From contig NC_042998.1 in NCBI RefSeq assembly GCF_006345805.1, positions 62,496,001-62,560,000 on the forward strand: a stretch of 64,000 nucleotides of DNA. The letters are read 5' to 3'. This document shows positions 1 to 13,814 of this stretch, one piece after another. The first letter of the stretch is position 1. Every line of letters begins with the position of its first letter. The notes below the pieces were generated by a model. That model was not told the origin of the DNA. It searched no databases and worked only from the letters and a program-made list of their open reading frames with translations. A program made the translations under genes and the position numbers. The DNA is from Octopus sinensis. Its lineage: Eukaryota.

Positions 1-29
1 TATGTTGCAATGTGTACGCGTATGTATGA

Positions 30-64
<35 letters not shown>

Positions 65-117
65 AACATATATTGATATATATGTATACACATACATACG
101 CAAAAGCACATGCGCGC

Positions 118-151
<34 letters not shown>

Positions 152-1204
152 TACATGTACACATATAGACGCGTACGCATAACCCCTCCCAACAACACAA
201 AGAAAGAGACGTGTGAAGGACTATACGAGTATCAAAGCTAACATACACAGCGAAACAGACAGGAAGACGTATACATACATACATACATACATACATACAT
301 ACATACATACATACATGCATACATACATACATACATACATACATACATACATACATACACACACATATACATACATACATACATACATAGATACATACAT
401 ACACACATACACACATACATACATACATACTTAACATATACATATACAAACATACATTCATGCACACACATGTATTATAATATATATATATATAATATAT
501 AGATATAAATATATATATATAACCTACATAACACACGTATTTAACTATATATATATATATAACACGCACACACGCATGCATACACACATATATATACATA
601 TATATATGCAAGCACACACAACACCACCACCACACACACAGATATATATATATATATACACGCACACTCACACACACACAGATATCAATTGTTTAACTAA
701 GCAGACATAAATTTTTCCAAATGTTTTCTATAGTCCTTTGAATTAAACTGTTCTAGATGTTTATATTCCATGCATGATATCATATTTCATACAATAAAAG
801 ATAATCGCCGTCTCTATTTAACGCACTAATGCCTGCGATAAATCCACTCAATTGCTTACACTTTCATGATCACTGACTATCCATATACGTGTGATCAACT
901 TTACTGATATTAAGAGGATGAGTAAACATGGCCGCTCTGATATTTCTGCACTTCCCCCCAAGAGAAATAGTAACGTATTTATTAGAAGTCTTTTCGCTGC
1001 TTGTCTGCCACCTGAACGAAACGTTTAAGACACAGAATCTCCGAGTAAAGGCGTAGATGTGAGTAGCTAACAGCTAATAGCTGAATATATATACTCTTAT
1101 ATAAGCTTTACTCGCTGGACTGAACTAGTAATTTCACTAATGGTAATGCCCCAGCATGACCACAACCGATGGTTAAAAAACCCAGTGAAAATTAAGAGTA
1201 TCTC

Positions 1205-1432
1205 TTTTACTCTTTTTACTCTTTTACTTGTTTCAGTCATTTGACTGTGGCCATGCTAGAGCAGTGCTTTTAGTCGAGCAAATCAACCCCAGAACTTATT
1301 CTTTGTAAGCCTAGTACTTATTCTATCGGTCTCTTTTTCCGAACCGCTAAGTTACGGGGACATAAACACACCAGCATCGGTTGTCAAGCGATGTTGGGGA
1401 GACAAATACAGACACAGAAACATACCCACCCC
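1205..1432 (-). mobile_element. SINE family A, 3' half
   Basis: Reverse complement of the tail (...cgcttgacaaccgatgctggtgtgttt...gcagtcaaatgactgaaacaagtaaaag) also seen at about 47300-47475, 52400-52596 and 58940-59160. Confidence 0.8.
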
Positions 1433-1464
<32 letters not shown>

Positions 1465-1501
1465 TAATATATATATATATATATGTATGTATGTATGTAT
1501 A

Positions 1502-1537
<36 letters not shown>

Positions 1538-2005
1538 TGTATTATAACATATATATATATACATATACGAATTTATAACGAGTATATATATATATTATGT
1601 ACCTTATGAATATGTTCTTAGCATTCTCGAAGTTTCAGCTCGGCATTGTATCTATTGCTGACTGTAAATACGCCTGCGCGCGATATTTGAAAAATTATAG
1701 CATATAATGATGGAACACGTGTTATCTTGTCTCTGAATTATAAGTTAGTTGTTTAGGCCGGTTACTGACGAGTATTCGCCTGGTAGATAATATGGTTTGC
1801 TAAATTATCTATTAAAAGATGGCAAGCGATATTATTTGCTAAAGAAATCTGAAACCATGGTATAACCGTTATATAACAAGGTAAAGGTTTTTATTTTTCA
1901 TTTACTTCGAAATTTGCTATAAAATTGTAGTTTTTAGTCGTGTTGGCTGCTATTTCTAGCATGTAAAATTACCTATTAAAGGGTAATTTTCTATTTTGAA
2001 ATACG

Positions 2006-2079
<74 letters not shown>

Positions 2080-2517
2080 GTTAAATCTGAAAGTTAAGTT
2101 AACAAACAATTATATAAAAAAGATAATGCAAATGAAGCTAAAATGATAATTTTATAATTTGGGGTTTATTAGCAGCCTTTATTGCAGGGGAGTTTGAGAA
2201 ACACGAATTGAAGAACTCAAAAGAGTTGTCTCCCTTATTCACAACACAGGAACTGAAGAACCACAATTACTACTACTTCCTGTTTTGCCAACATCCTTAA
2301 TTAAACCACACAACATATGGTCTTAATCCCATTGGATCCTAATACCTCAAGGTAATTTTTCATGACAATCAGTAAACTCAAGATACACATCGAACTCACA
2401 ATGTATCGGAGTACTTATTTTTTAATTTTTGTACATATTTATTATTATTCTTTTGCAAAAAACAATGCAACATTCTTTTTTCCCCTTTCTTATTTTTAAA
2501 AAACTTTTTTACCTAAC

Positions 2518-2557
2518 TATTCTTGATAAGTCACATCATGACGAAACCGTTTGAATA
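2518..2557 (+). ncRNA. Minimal type I hammerhead ribozyme-like motif, U3:A8 variant, in a decayed PLE-like segment
   Basis: tattc-TTGATAA-gtca(catca)tgac-GAAA-ccgttt-gaata: 5-bp stem I, 4-bp stem II, stem III mutated relative to accggt. Confidence 0.6.
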
Positions 2558-2685
2558 AATATATTTATATATTTTATAAATTTCTCATTTCATTAAAATT
2601 TTCTTTCAATTTAGCATTCTGCATTTTTACAATTTTTCCTGCATCATTTCTCCACGTGCGGTCAACAAAACCCCACCATTATTGA

Positions 2686-2726
<41 letters not shown>

Positions 2727-2744
2727 ATTATATACTGATACTCT

Positions 2745-3056
2745 GTCTGATTATGCTGACGAGTTTTCCAGCTGATTTGATCAGCGGAGCAGCTTGCTCG
2801 AGAAATTAACGTACAAGTGGCTGATCCTTCCACAGACTCCCATACCGTTAACCTATTTCTCAGGGAGATTCAGTATTCGGCGTAATACAGAATGTGACAT
2901 GGATGGCCCTTTGAAATACAGGTACAGCCGAGTGGATTGGAGCAACGTGAAATAAACTGTCTTGCTTAAGGACACAACGCGCCACCAGCTATCGAATTCA
3001 CATGTTTACGATTGTAAGCCAAACACCCCTAACTCCTAAGACATGTGCCTTCACCT
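2745..3056 (-). mobile_element. SINE family C (tRNA-derived head on minus strand)
   Basis: Shares gaaattaacgt..aagtggctga...gaatgtgaca...ccctttgaaatacaggtac and gagtgga.tggagcaacgtgaaataaa.tgtcttgc with the copies at 13815 and 36903. Confidence 0.75.
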
Positions 3057-3074
3057 TCCCATATACATATATGT

Positions 3075-3960
3075 ACAGGGTGCGATGAGCACATTGTCGC
3101 CATTTTATATTTTAATTTCGCGCATGCGTGTTGTTTGTTTTTATTTTATCGGTTACACAGTATTGTAGGGTCAGTTGGAGACCGTCTGAGAAAAACAGAA
3201 CCATGAAGCAATTCACTCTGGCAGAGATTTAGAAATGACATGCTGCACTGCTTGGCATTTACGCAGTAAGCTCCAGTAAGAACATTTCAGTGTTTGGGAG
3301 TCAATCTGAGGAAAGTGCAATCTGAGGACATGTACCGAGAGTGATAAAAATCAAACATCCAGTCAACATGATGGCGTTTGGAGTGATTACTAATGATGGT
3401 GATGTTATGCCTCCATTCATCTTCCCACACAGCCTCACACTCAACACTGAGGTCTACATCAAATGCTTGGTGGAGGCAGTACTGTCCTGGGTCAAGAGGG
3501 TGGCTGCTGGAAGACCCTATGTCTGGAAACAGGATTCTGCACCATGTCATACAAGCAGGAGAACCCAGTCATGGCTGTCAGAAAATTTCTACGAGCACAT
3601 CATCCCTAACATTTAGTCACATAACTCCCCAGACTACAACTCCCTTGATTATTATGACTGGAGCGTGGTTGAGCGAGAGACCAACAAAACTCCTTGTAAC
3701 ATCAAAGATGAACTGAAGGCAAGGGTTATTGCAACTTTGACCATCTTAAACAAGGAGGTAATCCAGAAGAGTTGCTAGAGATTCCGAAGTCGCCTGGAGA
3801 CTGTCGTTGAAAACAATAGCGATTTTATTGAATAAATTTACTCTTTAGTATTTCAAGATATTTTTATGTAATTTTGGTAAATATATCTGTTAAAATGAGA
3901 TGTCCGCGTTATTTTCATTTTTGCGTAATTTAAACGACAATTTATTCCCCCGCATTCTGT
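3075..3960 (+). mobile_element. Tc1/mariner superfamily, maT-type (DD37D) transposon relic
   Basis: Translation ...WKQDSAPCH...I*SHNSPDYNSLDYY has 37 residues between the 2nd and 3rd Asp, with an in-frame stop. Imperfect TIRs (acagggtgcg...attgtcg / cgacaat...cgcattctgt). Confidence 0.8.
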
Positions 3961-3961
3961 G

Positions 3962-4059
<98 letters not shown>

Positions 4060-4284
4060 ATTCCCACTGCTTTCTCTCTTATTCATTCTCACCTTCTACA
4101 TCGAGTAATAACATAATATTGAACTTCCAACGTATTCTCTTTTAGTTGAAGTGTATAAGTGGATGATAACCAGCCATTAAAAGTGTAATTCTCCTAGTTA
4201 TGTATCTTCCCCTCAAGCTGCAATCATAAAATATTCCACATAAGGTTTCTTAAAACAGGATTCGTTGCATCAATAATTATACCA

Positions 4285-4326
<42 letters not shown>

Positions 4327-4360
4327 CAACAATAATAATCATTATTATCATTATCATTAA

Positions 4361-4428
<68 letters not shown>

Positions 4429-4847
4429 GTATTAGTATTAATCACAGATTATACATTTACAATATAATTTCTAATAGTAAATCATATGAGACACACATAC
4501 ACACACACACACACATATATATATACATACACATATACATACATATACATATATATATACATACACATATACATACATACACACACACACATATATATAT
4601 ATATATACACACACATATATATACATATATATATATACACATATACATACATATATATATATATACCACATATATGTGTGCATAATTATACACATAATTA
4701 TGCGTAAACACGCACACATATTACGTCCACACACCCATACGCTCACACGCACACACACATATACACGTACTTGTACATCTAATTCTACATACGCATAAAT
4801 GCATACATAATTATATATAATTAAATATACAAGTACATATGCATATA

Positions 4848-4880
<33 letters not shown>

Positions 4881-6394
4881 ATAGTTAATGAGAATAAGAG
4901 GAGGAAAAGAGTCAGAGAGAGGCTAAAATAAACAGATAAAGAAATATCTAAGGAAGAGATAGAAAGAGAAAGAGTGAGTGAGAGAAGAGAGAGAGAGAGA
5001 GAGAAGGAAGGAGAGATTACAGTTCGATTAGAGTCTATACGCTTGAGCTATGAGCAAGGATGAATGCAATTACTGCCGAGACTCATACACGATCGAGGTA
5101 CGAATAAATTGGTAACAAACTCAGTATGCAAGGCTTGGGTAGTCGACTTAATATTGCAGAAGTTAAGAGAACAAAAGAATTGTGATAAAATATTCAATGA
5201 ACCAACTTTTATCTTCTCCGGGGAAAGAATTGCTTATATTCATTAGAAAGCGTTACGCATCTCTTTATAAATGTATGTGATCATATCTTTTCTTGTGTTT
5301 ATTCGACATTTGCTGGTGGTTCGTGTCGAAATTCCTTAATTTTAGCCTCTTTCAGTTGCACGGTGAAGATAAGGAAATTACAGAAGAATTGTAGAATGAT
5401 TTATTTCCATTCTGCAATCAATAGCCATACCAGTTTCCTTTTAAACTGGCCTTTATATTTGCACAAAAGATTGCACAATACATTTTTCACGTAATCTATA
5501 TAATGGAAGTTAATTCAGTTCTACAGTTCTTAGAAAATCTATGGTTAGATGAATTTCAAGAAAGAGAAGATGAAAGTGAGAGAGAAGGAGGGAGAGAGAG
5601 ATAGAACGGGAGAAAGTGATAGATAGATAGAGAGAAAGGAGGGGGCGGAAAGAAAAAAATAGGATTAATAAATAAATCAACCATAATAAATAATAAAAAA
5701 AGGACATGAATACTAAAAATAATAAAAGCAGTAACAAAGTAAGCGATTTTAATGTGAATGTATCTGAAAATTTCTCTTCGGAATCTGATATTAGTTTTTA
5801 CACATTAAGAATTCATTTTATTCTATGAAGGAATTTCTTCGACACGAATCATGATTTTATTTATTTATTTATTTGTTTATATGTTTATTTGTTTCTTTTT
5901 TCACTTATTTTTCAAAATATAGTTCTTCATTGTGAGATGAACTCTATAGCGAAAGATAGATAGATAGACAGATAGGGAGAGTGTAAGGGGAGAGAGAAAG
6001 AGAATAGTGAGAGAGGGTGTAGTGGGAAACAATAGTGAGAGAAATAGATATAAGGAGAGATATATAGAGGCGAGAGATTAAGCTCATGGTGCGCCGAGCT
6101 GGCGACACATTTTCGATTCTGCTATAAAAATATTTTTCTTACTTAAAATATACAAAAACTTTACTTACTTATAATCCTAATTAATGCATTTCATTTCTCA
6201 TGGGTCGATAAAATAAAGTAAAACTTACCATTCGCAGACTGGGTTCCCGATGGTGCCATTATTCTTTCTTATAAATTTCTAGCCTTTCGCCGTTTGACAT
6301 CAACTTTAAAAAATCCAATTTTCAGTTTTGCCATTGTAACATTTTGAGTTCAAATTCCACCTGGAAACAGCCGAGATCGTCGCTTGATCTTTTC

Positions 6395-6600
6395 TAATTT
6401 TTGCACAAGGCTAGCAAATTTAAGGATTGAATTATAATCCATTACATCGATCCCAGGGCTCAATCGTTCCTTATTTTTTCGACCTCGAAAGTATTAAAGA
6501 CAAAGTCAACTTCAGTGACATTTGAACTTAGAACATAAAGAGCCGGAAGAAATGTCCTTAAGCGTTTCGTCCGGCACAGTAACGATTCTGCCAGCTCACC
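6395..6600 (-). mobile_element. SINE family B copy
   Basis: Reverse complement matches ggtgagctggcagaatcgtta...ttctaagttcaaat...gttgactttg...ggtcga. Confidence 0.7.
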
Positions 6601-6639
6601 GAATTGTAAAAAAGAAGTAAAATAAGTCTCCTGGATATT

Positions 6640-6872
6640 ACCCTTTCGAGTCCTTGGGCTCATAGGGACCGTTAGTCTGTTTTCATGGTGTAGAAGTGGT
6701 TGAGATCACCGCATTACCACTGAACGTGGGACGCCAACATAGGGTTACACATTTACAGCTGAGTGGATTGGAGCAGCTTGAAATGAATAATGCACCGCCC
6801 AGTCCAGGAATCGAAACCACGATGTTATGGTCGGGAATGCAACACCCAAACCACAAGACCATGTGCTTTCAC
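6640..6872 (-). mobile_element. SINE family C-related copy
   Basis: cagctgagtggattggagcagc core plus the tRNA-like ggaatcgaaaccacg box. Confidence 0.6.
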
Positions 6873-7261
6873 TCGTCGCCTCGAGGTCGCCGGCAAATGG
6901 ACGATTTTCCACCAACGCCGCCATTGGTGTTGAAGCGATAGTCGAAACGGTTTTCAATTCATGGCTGTAACAGCGAATTGTTTGGCAATTGTGCTTCGTA
7001 ATGTTTTGTATGTCAGTGAACGGCTGGTTAGCAAAAAAATAACAAAAAATCAAAACAAAACAAAGCAAAAAATGAATAAAGAGAAAATTTCTCAGTTTTT
7101 GGCATTCATACAACTACCACCAATGAAAAATATTTGTTGTTTCTGTTTCAACAGAAGATGGCCCATATATAACAATAATGATGTTTTATATCCTCCTCCT
7201 CCTCCCCTCCTCTCCCTCATTCTCCTCTTCCTCCTCATCATTACCACCGTTGTTTGTTTCT

Positions 7262-7680
7262 AACATAGGCACAAGAAACGAATTTGATGACAGATGAATA
7301 GTGAAATGGAACTGAACTCAGTATTTTCGTTTATCGAAATCCGAAAGGATAAAAGTAAAGCTGAGGTCGGTGGGATATGAACCGCAAACGTTCTTAGTCT
7401 TAACTACCCACTGCAAGGCATTTTGAGCGATTCTACCAATCTATCATCGCCTTCTCAGATCACAGTAATAACTGTTTCTAACGCGGGCACAAAACCACAA
7501 ATTAAGAGGAGTAAATTAACCCCAGTACTTGACTAATACTTTATTTTATCGACTCCAAGAAGGAGGGAGCTGAACTTAACTTCAGAAGGATTTATACACA
7601 GATTGTAAAAAGCCGGTGCGAAAACTGCAAGGCATTTTATCCGACATTCGAACGATTCTGCTGATCTAGCACGCAAAACG
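7262..7680 (-). mobile_element. Two degenerate SINE family B copies in tandem
   Basis: The ggcacaa...ttttatcga...aaggcattt...gattct pattern occurs twice. Confidence 0.55.
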
Positions 7681-8170
7681 ACAATGTACAGCATTTAACA
7701 GCGATAACGTATGCCATTTAATAGCGATAATGTACAAGATTTAACAACGATAGTGCACAAGGTTTAACAACGATAATGTACAACACCTAACAGAAATAAT
7801 GTGCAACACTTAGCAGAGATAATGTGCGACACTTAACCGAGGTAATATGCAACACCTAACAGAGATAATGTGCGACACCTAACGGACAGTACTTAGCAAG
7901 CTCAAATATACAGTACCTAACTATGATTACGTATAAATAACACTGGACACTGCAAGCAGAAAATATTATTACTGCTAGAGTGCAACATTTAACATTTGCC
8001 AGCGAGTAACATTTCTAACGCGTAACATCTAACGTTGCTAGCGAGTGACAATTCTGTGGGTGTATAACCTTTAGTATTTCCAGCACGTAACACTTAACGC
8101 TACCAGTGTACTTAACACCTTAACACTGCCAGTGTATAACACGAAAAGTGCTAACGTTCAGTACAAAACA
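7680..8170. repeat. Degenerate ~22-bp minisatellite in two drifting blocks
   Basis: Units such as taacagagataatgtgcaacac repeat about 9 times to ~7885; a more diverged block follows at ~7960-8170. Confidence 0.7.
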
Positions 8171-8189
8171 CTACGAATTTTATTTTATT

Positions 8190-8371
8190 CTTTTTTTATT
8201 TTACTTGTTTCAGTCATTTAACTGCAGCAATGCTGGTGCACCGCGGTTAGTCGAACAGATCGACTCCAGGACTTATTCTTTATAAGCCTGGTACGTATTC
8301 TGTCATTCTCTTTTGGCGAACCGCAAGATTTCAGGTACGTAAACTCACCAGCACCGGTTGTCAAGCGATGG

Positions 8372-8418
<47 letters not shown>

Positions 8419-10326
8419 TATATATATACGACGGGCTTTCAGTTTCCGTCTACCAAATCCACTCCCAAGGCTTTGGTCGGCTCGAGGCTATAGTAGAAGA
8501 CACTTCCCCAAGTTTCCACGTAGTGGGATTGAATCTGGAACCATGTGGTTGGTAAGCAAGCTTCTTTATTTCATGAAAATTGTCCATAAAAGCCTTACAT
8601 AGAGGGGACAGCACAAGGTGGGAGAAAAAAACAACAAAAAACAGTGAATGGAATTAATGAAATTGTACAATGAAAGACAAAATGAAGCCGCTCGGCCCCA
8701 CTTCCGAGCGACTTCATTGAAACTATACAACTTTGTTTTTTTAAACATTAATTAAAATTACCATTGATAATACCTTTCTGACAGCTAGTTTCCACTTTTT
8801 TGGAAAATGTCTACATCATGTTCTTTTAAAATGTAAGCATAACTCAGCCTTTTAGGTATTTTGCTGGTGTCCATTTTCAGAACCCACCAATCGAAATCAG
8901 CGTTTTCTTCGTAATTTATCCATCTTGAGAGGTACTCCGGGGCTGCCACTGCTCAGAAAACGCCTCCTACTCTTGTTATGTCCACTTCTATTGCTTTTTC
9001 CCATGACTTTATCTCGTTGCAAAGTTCTTTATTCTGTTATATAATATAACAAATTTATCCATAGGCTAGGGTGGGGAAATTTGGGGCTCCTGTGTGTTTG
9101 TGCTCGTGTTTATGTCAGACGGAGTATGGGGAGGGTTTTGTGTCTGTAGGGGGTTGTTGGGGGTAGAGTGGGTGTGGGTGGGAGCCGGATGGGTATGGAT
9201 TGGGGGTCATCCTTTACCACGTGTGTCCTCTTCCTACTCTTCCTCCTCTTCCTTCTCTTTTTTCCCGCCGTTTCCCAGCTGGTGTTTATCTCCTCTTCCT
9301 CGATGCTGGCGCTGGTCTTTGTCTGTGGTGCGCTTCACCCTCCTTCACGTGATTTTCCTCCACCTCCAGGGGTAGTGGAGCACCAACCACTTTCTTGTCT
9401 TTCTTTAGTCTTCGCAGGTGATTATAGTACAATCCGCTCTAATGTGGCCTTTCAGGCCACATTTATAGCATCGAGAAATCCTCTTTTCTACCCTGACTTT
9501 CAGTGTCACGCCTGCGACCGTGATTGTTTCCACCATACTTTCAATATCTTCTGAGTTAATCTGTATCACCATGCCCAGATTCTGTCTTTGCCAGTTTCTG
9601 TAGGGTGCTCTGGTGGCCTGCAGGACCTCTACTTTTTTCTTCCATGCTTAGCAGTATGGCAGCCACCAGCCAGGCTACATTCACTTCTGGTGGTATGTTT
9701 TCTACTCTAACCCTGGAAGCAAGCCTCCCAAGGTACACAGGTAGCAGTACCATCTCATCCGTTTCAACGACATGACCGTGTGCAGTTTAGCAGTTGCTAT
9801 CTCTCTAAACTGCACCTCCATCGTCCGTACTTTCTTCCCTTGGCAAGGTAGGATATCCCTTGCCAGACTGGCCTCCTCCGACACCACTTCTATTTTTCTT
9901 GTTGCCACCGCGTATGTCCTGTAAACAATCGTTTCCTCTTCCTTATCCTTTAACACCTCTTTGGTGGTGTTGTTGTTGGTGGTGAGAAACACTTTCATAT
10001 CGTTCCCCTCCCTTTTAAGTATTTCCTTGAACTTGCTCAGCTCTTACAGACTTATATCTTCAATTTTTCCCTTTGCCGCTGCAGCATAATTCTTTATTTG
10101 TATTGTTGCATCAATCTTGTTCAAACATTCCACCAATTCCTCCTCAGATAAATCAAATTCTGAGGAAGAACACCTCTACATTTCCCAACTTCTCGCTCGA
10201 CACCCCTCCATTACAAGAGAAAAAACGTCACACAGTCAAAAAGCACGTCCGCCTTTCTCAAAACCAGCAAACCGAATGAATCCTGGGTAACCGGAAGTAA
10301 GCTTCTTACCACACAGCCACTCATAC
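8190..10326 (-). mobile_element. SINE family A copy interrupted by a Tx1/L1-like insert
   Basis: SINE body at 8190-8565, head at 10293-10326. 14-bp duplication at 8552-8565 and 10293-10306. Confidence 0.8.
8566..10292 (-). mobile_element. ORF1-only Tx1/L1-like non-LTR element (decayed)
   Basis: Frameshifted ORF1 with an RRM-like LLPVYLGRLASRVRVENIPPEV segment and a CCHC knuckle CYKCGLKGHIRADC (~9430-9472). 3' end ...cttgtgctgtcccctct...aaataa. No endonuclease or RT motifs seen. Confidence 0.7.
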
Positions 10327-10405
10327 ACTTTACAAACCAACGTACCCCAATTAAAACTGCCATTGTTTAACACGAACTGCTGCTAAACTATAACATTTCT
10401 AAAGT

Positions 10406-10822
10406 ATTGGGTCATCCCATAAAGATTTTATAATTAATTTATTTTTCAAAATTAAGATAAAGTTCTATTTTAATCTAAATTATACTCTCCTTCGTTTTCT
10501 ACAATGCTCTTCCGTCTCTATGGTAGACTTGCAACGCCCTTCTTCCAAAATCCACTTGTCCGTGACGAAAAATACTCCTCAAGTACTGTTCTCACTTCCT
10601 CTACAGAATTCATAGTTTTTCCGTCCAAATGATTTTGAAGACTGTGGAATAAATGATAATCAGATGGGGCGATGTCCGGCGAATATGGTGGGTGGAGTAT
10701 CGTTTCCCATTCAAAGTACTCCAGCCTTTGGAATGTTATCCTCGCTGTATGACGTCGAGCAATATCTTGATGGAAGAACACCTTTCGTCTTGAAGCCAAA
10801 GATGGCCGTTTTTCTTCAAGCG
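10406..10822 (-). mobile_element. mariner (DD34D) transposase 3' fragment with TIR
   Basis: HQDIARRH...HPPYSPDIAPSDYHLF with 34-residue D-D spacing. TIR-like tattgggtcatcccataaa at ~10406. Confidence 0.85.
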
Positions 10823-11464
10823 CTGCTGCTGCTGATGATGATGATGATGACGATGACGATGATGATCTATTGCGCTAATTCTTATGTCTGAACTTAATAG
10901 ATCTAAGCGGATGAGAGACAAATAGTCACATGGACAGGATGATATGTCAACATATGGCTATATATTTGTTACGTTTTTGGTCCCCACAAGATCACAGATA
11001 GGACCTGCTTTTTATGATGTCCACATACAAGCATTTCATTTCTTACATATATATTTTTATATTTTCACATATTTATATATATATATATTGTTTTATATAT
11101 TTTATTGCTTTATGTATTTTTATATATTTTTTCTTTACATTACCTTTCACCCTGCATATTTGTGCATGTGCATGTAGAGATGTGTATATGAACATAATTG
11201 TGCGCGTATGGGTATATATGTGTGTGTGTGTGTGTGCGGGTATGTATATGTGTACATGTGTATGGATGCATATATATGTATACATATAGGTGTGTGTGTG
11301 TGGGTGTGCATGTATGTGTTTCACGTGAGTGTGAGTGAGCATTTACATATATGCACATGCACGTGGGTGTGCGTGCGCGCATGTGTATATATGTACATGC
11401 GCGCATACGCGGATTCTATGAGAGTGGGTTTACCTTCTTCGAGTATTTTTACTTTCTCCCTATT

Positions 11465-11715
11465 CGGGTAATTTCCTTTTATTTAACAGTCATTCTCATA
11501 GCTCTTTTGTTTGTCTTAATAACGGTGATCTTCATAGTAATTTTCCTTTATTTAACGGTCATTTTCATAGCTTTTTGTTTGTCTTAATAACTGACGAGAT
11601 GCCGGAGCAGTTTTACTATGGCAACCGACTAATTGTCACATATTATAGATAAATTCCTCTATTTACATAATATCCATAATATCGAGGTCTCATTCATTCT
11701 TTTGTTGTTATATTA
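11465..11715 (+). mobile_element. PLE-type terminal repeat fragment, same family as the 58.6-kb palindrome, with an internal tandem duplication
   Basis: ataaCTGACGAgatgccgg followed by sequence reverse-complementary to 58560-58650. The hammerhead GAAA half is missing. Confidence 0.6.
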
Positions 11716-11727
11716 TACATACATACA

Positions 11728-11763
<36 letters not shown>

Positions 11764-11764
11764 T

Positions 11765-12245
11765 ACATGGTGATTGCTCCATCATCAGAGATGATTGATG
11801 AGCTTCGTCGTCAATGATATTTCAGACATACCGTGTATGACCTCACGATGACTCTTCAATCCCACTACAGATCTGAGTGTTTTGAAGCAAAAGTGACAGA
11901 CTAAAGTTGTAATTTCTATAAGATTGATCGGATCACGCTGTGAGATATGATCCCTGTGAACCGCCACATTTACTCTTCAGACACGGAATCGACTTGCAAG
12001 TCCTTTCACACCCTACATACGTCGAATCATCCGGTCTAGAAGGATGGACGTTGCATACAATTGATCTTTCATGAGACTACAGTCGGTTGACCTACGCAAC
12101 CTTGAAAAGGAGTACACTGCCACACGCTTCATATCTCTAACACTTCATGCTCTCATCAAAGGTCTGATGACAGCCTTTTAAAGCTAACGCTTCCCTCTTC
12201 GAAGGTTTTACAACCTTCCCCTACACGCTTCCTCCTCCCAGCTAT
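11765..12245 (-). mobile_element. RTE-like LINE 3' remnant
   Basis: C-terminal zinc-finger-like CHFCFKTLRSVVGLKSHREVIH, typical of RTE ORF ends. The 3' end runs into microsatellite. Confidence 0.5.
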
Positions 12246-12926
12246 GTTAAGGTAGAGCTTCTAAATATTCTTTAGACTTGCTAGAACAACAGGTAAATCT
12301 TCGAATTACACCTTATTAATCAAAGGAAGAACACATTGGATAATATATTCCTAAATGAATTATTTGAAACTAATATGTTCCAGTAGCACTATCGTCCGAA
12401 CCCTTGTCGCCATTGATATATTCCATGATGCGACGTATTTCGCCGTCTCTGCGGGAATGGTCCGAACGGCGTACCTTCGCTGACCGACCCTACTGACTGT
12501 GTCAGTCCACTATTAGTAGGGGACCAGCTCATTTCTCGCCCGTGGGCGTCCGCCGCAACAGAAAATAAAATAGACCGGTCATTGTTGGAACGCTTTGATC
12601 ATAGATCTCTATGTTTGATGGGTGATACTTGGACTTCAATAAAAGCAACAAACATAATCACAATTACAGCATCACAAAACTGTAAACCATAATATACAAA
12701 AATATAAGATTATTTTCTTCAGAAATTTAATAAAATGTACACGACGATGGACTCAAGATCTGTGTTGTTTTGGTAGACAAGACCTTATTCACTTAACTCT
12801 TTCACCTTAATATTATTGCTTACGCAGTTTTTCTCATTACTGAATTGCTCTAAAAATTTGATTACAGTAATTGTAGTCTGAGCTGCAATTTATAACACAG
12901 GACAACACACATACATGCACACACAG

Positions 12927-12985
<59 letters not shown>

Positions 12986-13191
12986 CACGTGTGTGTGAGT
13001 GTATGTGTGTGCGTGCGCGCGTGTGTGTATGTGCATGTATGTGTGTTGTCTTATATATATGAATATATATACATACGTTTCTCTTTGTGTATATATAAAT
13101 ATATATTTCTGCTTGTGTATATATATATATATATATATATGTTTCTGTTTGTGTGTGTATATATATATGTATATATGTGTATGTATGCATG

Positions 13192-13261
<70 letters not shown>

Positions 13262-13814
13262 ATCAACTTAGGTAGATTCTTTCTCTAAGTAATTTACGTT
13301 CTTATTTTTCTGTTTTCTTTACTTTCTTTCTGAAATGTAATCCTTCAGATAATTTAACTTTCCCAGAAAAATAACCCTAACCTATAAAATCGCTGTAAAT
13401 TCCCATAAATAACTTCTCAACATTGGAACACATTTAACGGGGGGAAATTTTCCGATGGAAAATTTTTCTTTTTCTTGAATATTTTATTCCCCGTTTGACA
13501 ATTCGGCAATTTAAAATGTCTGCAATGTTAGAAAGTGGACTCAAAATAAACGATTCTATATACGGTAACCAATCAAACTGACGGAAAATACTGCCATTAG
13601 ATACAGTTTCTTTCATAAATATTTAGAAACACTAGTCGATAAAATATTTAACGGATCAAGCTATTAAAGAAATCTTTAAGGAATTATTCTACGTTTACTT
13701 TTTTTGTTACTCAAAACCACTGAGTGCTCGATGTACGCTTTGAAGTAAAATGTTTAAAGTTTAGCTAATGTTCACGCACACACGCACATACTCGATCAAG
13801 CACTCATACTAGAA

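Noticed and set aside
213-471. ORFs of YIHT/MYVC/IYIY type here and throughout the window
   Set aside because: They are translations of (TACA)n, (TA)n, (TG)n and (TATC)n microsatellites.
988-1032. GAAACGTT with a gtctt/aagac stem
   Set aside because: No NUGANNA core at the right position.
7680-7885. CRISPR-like periodic array
   Set aside because: No unique spacers, no cas genes, eukaryotic context.
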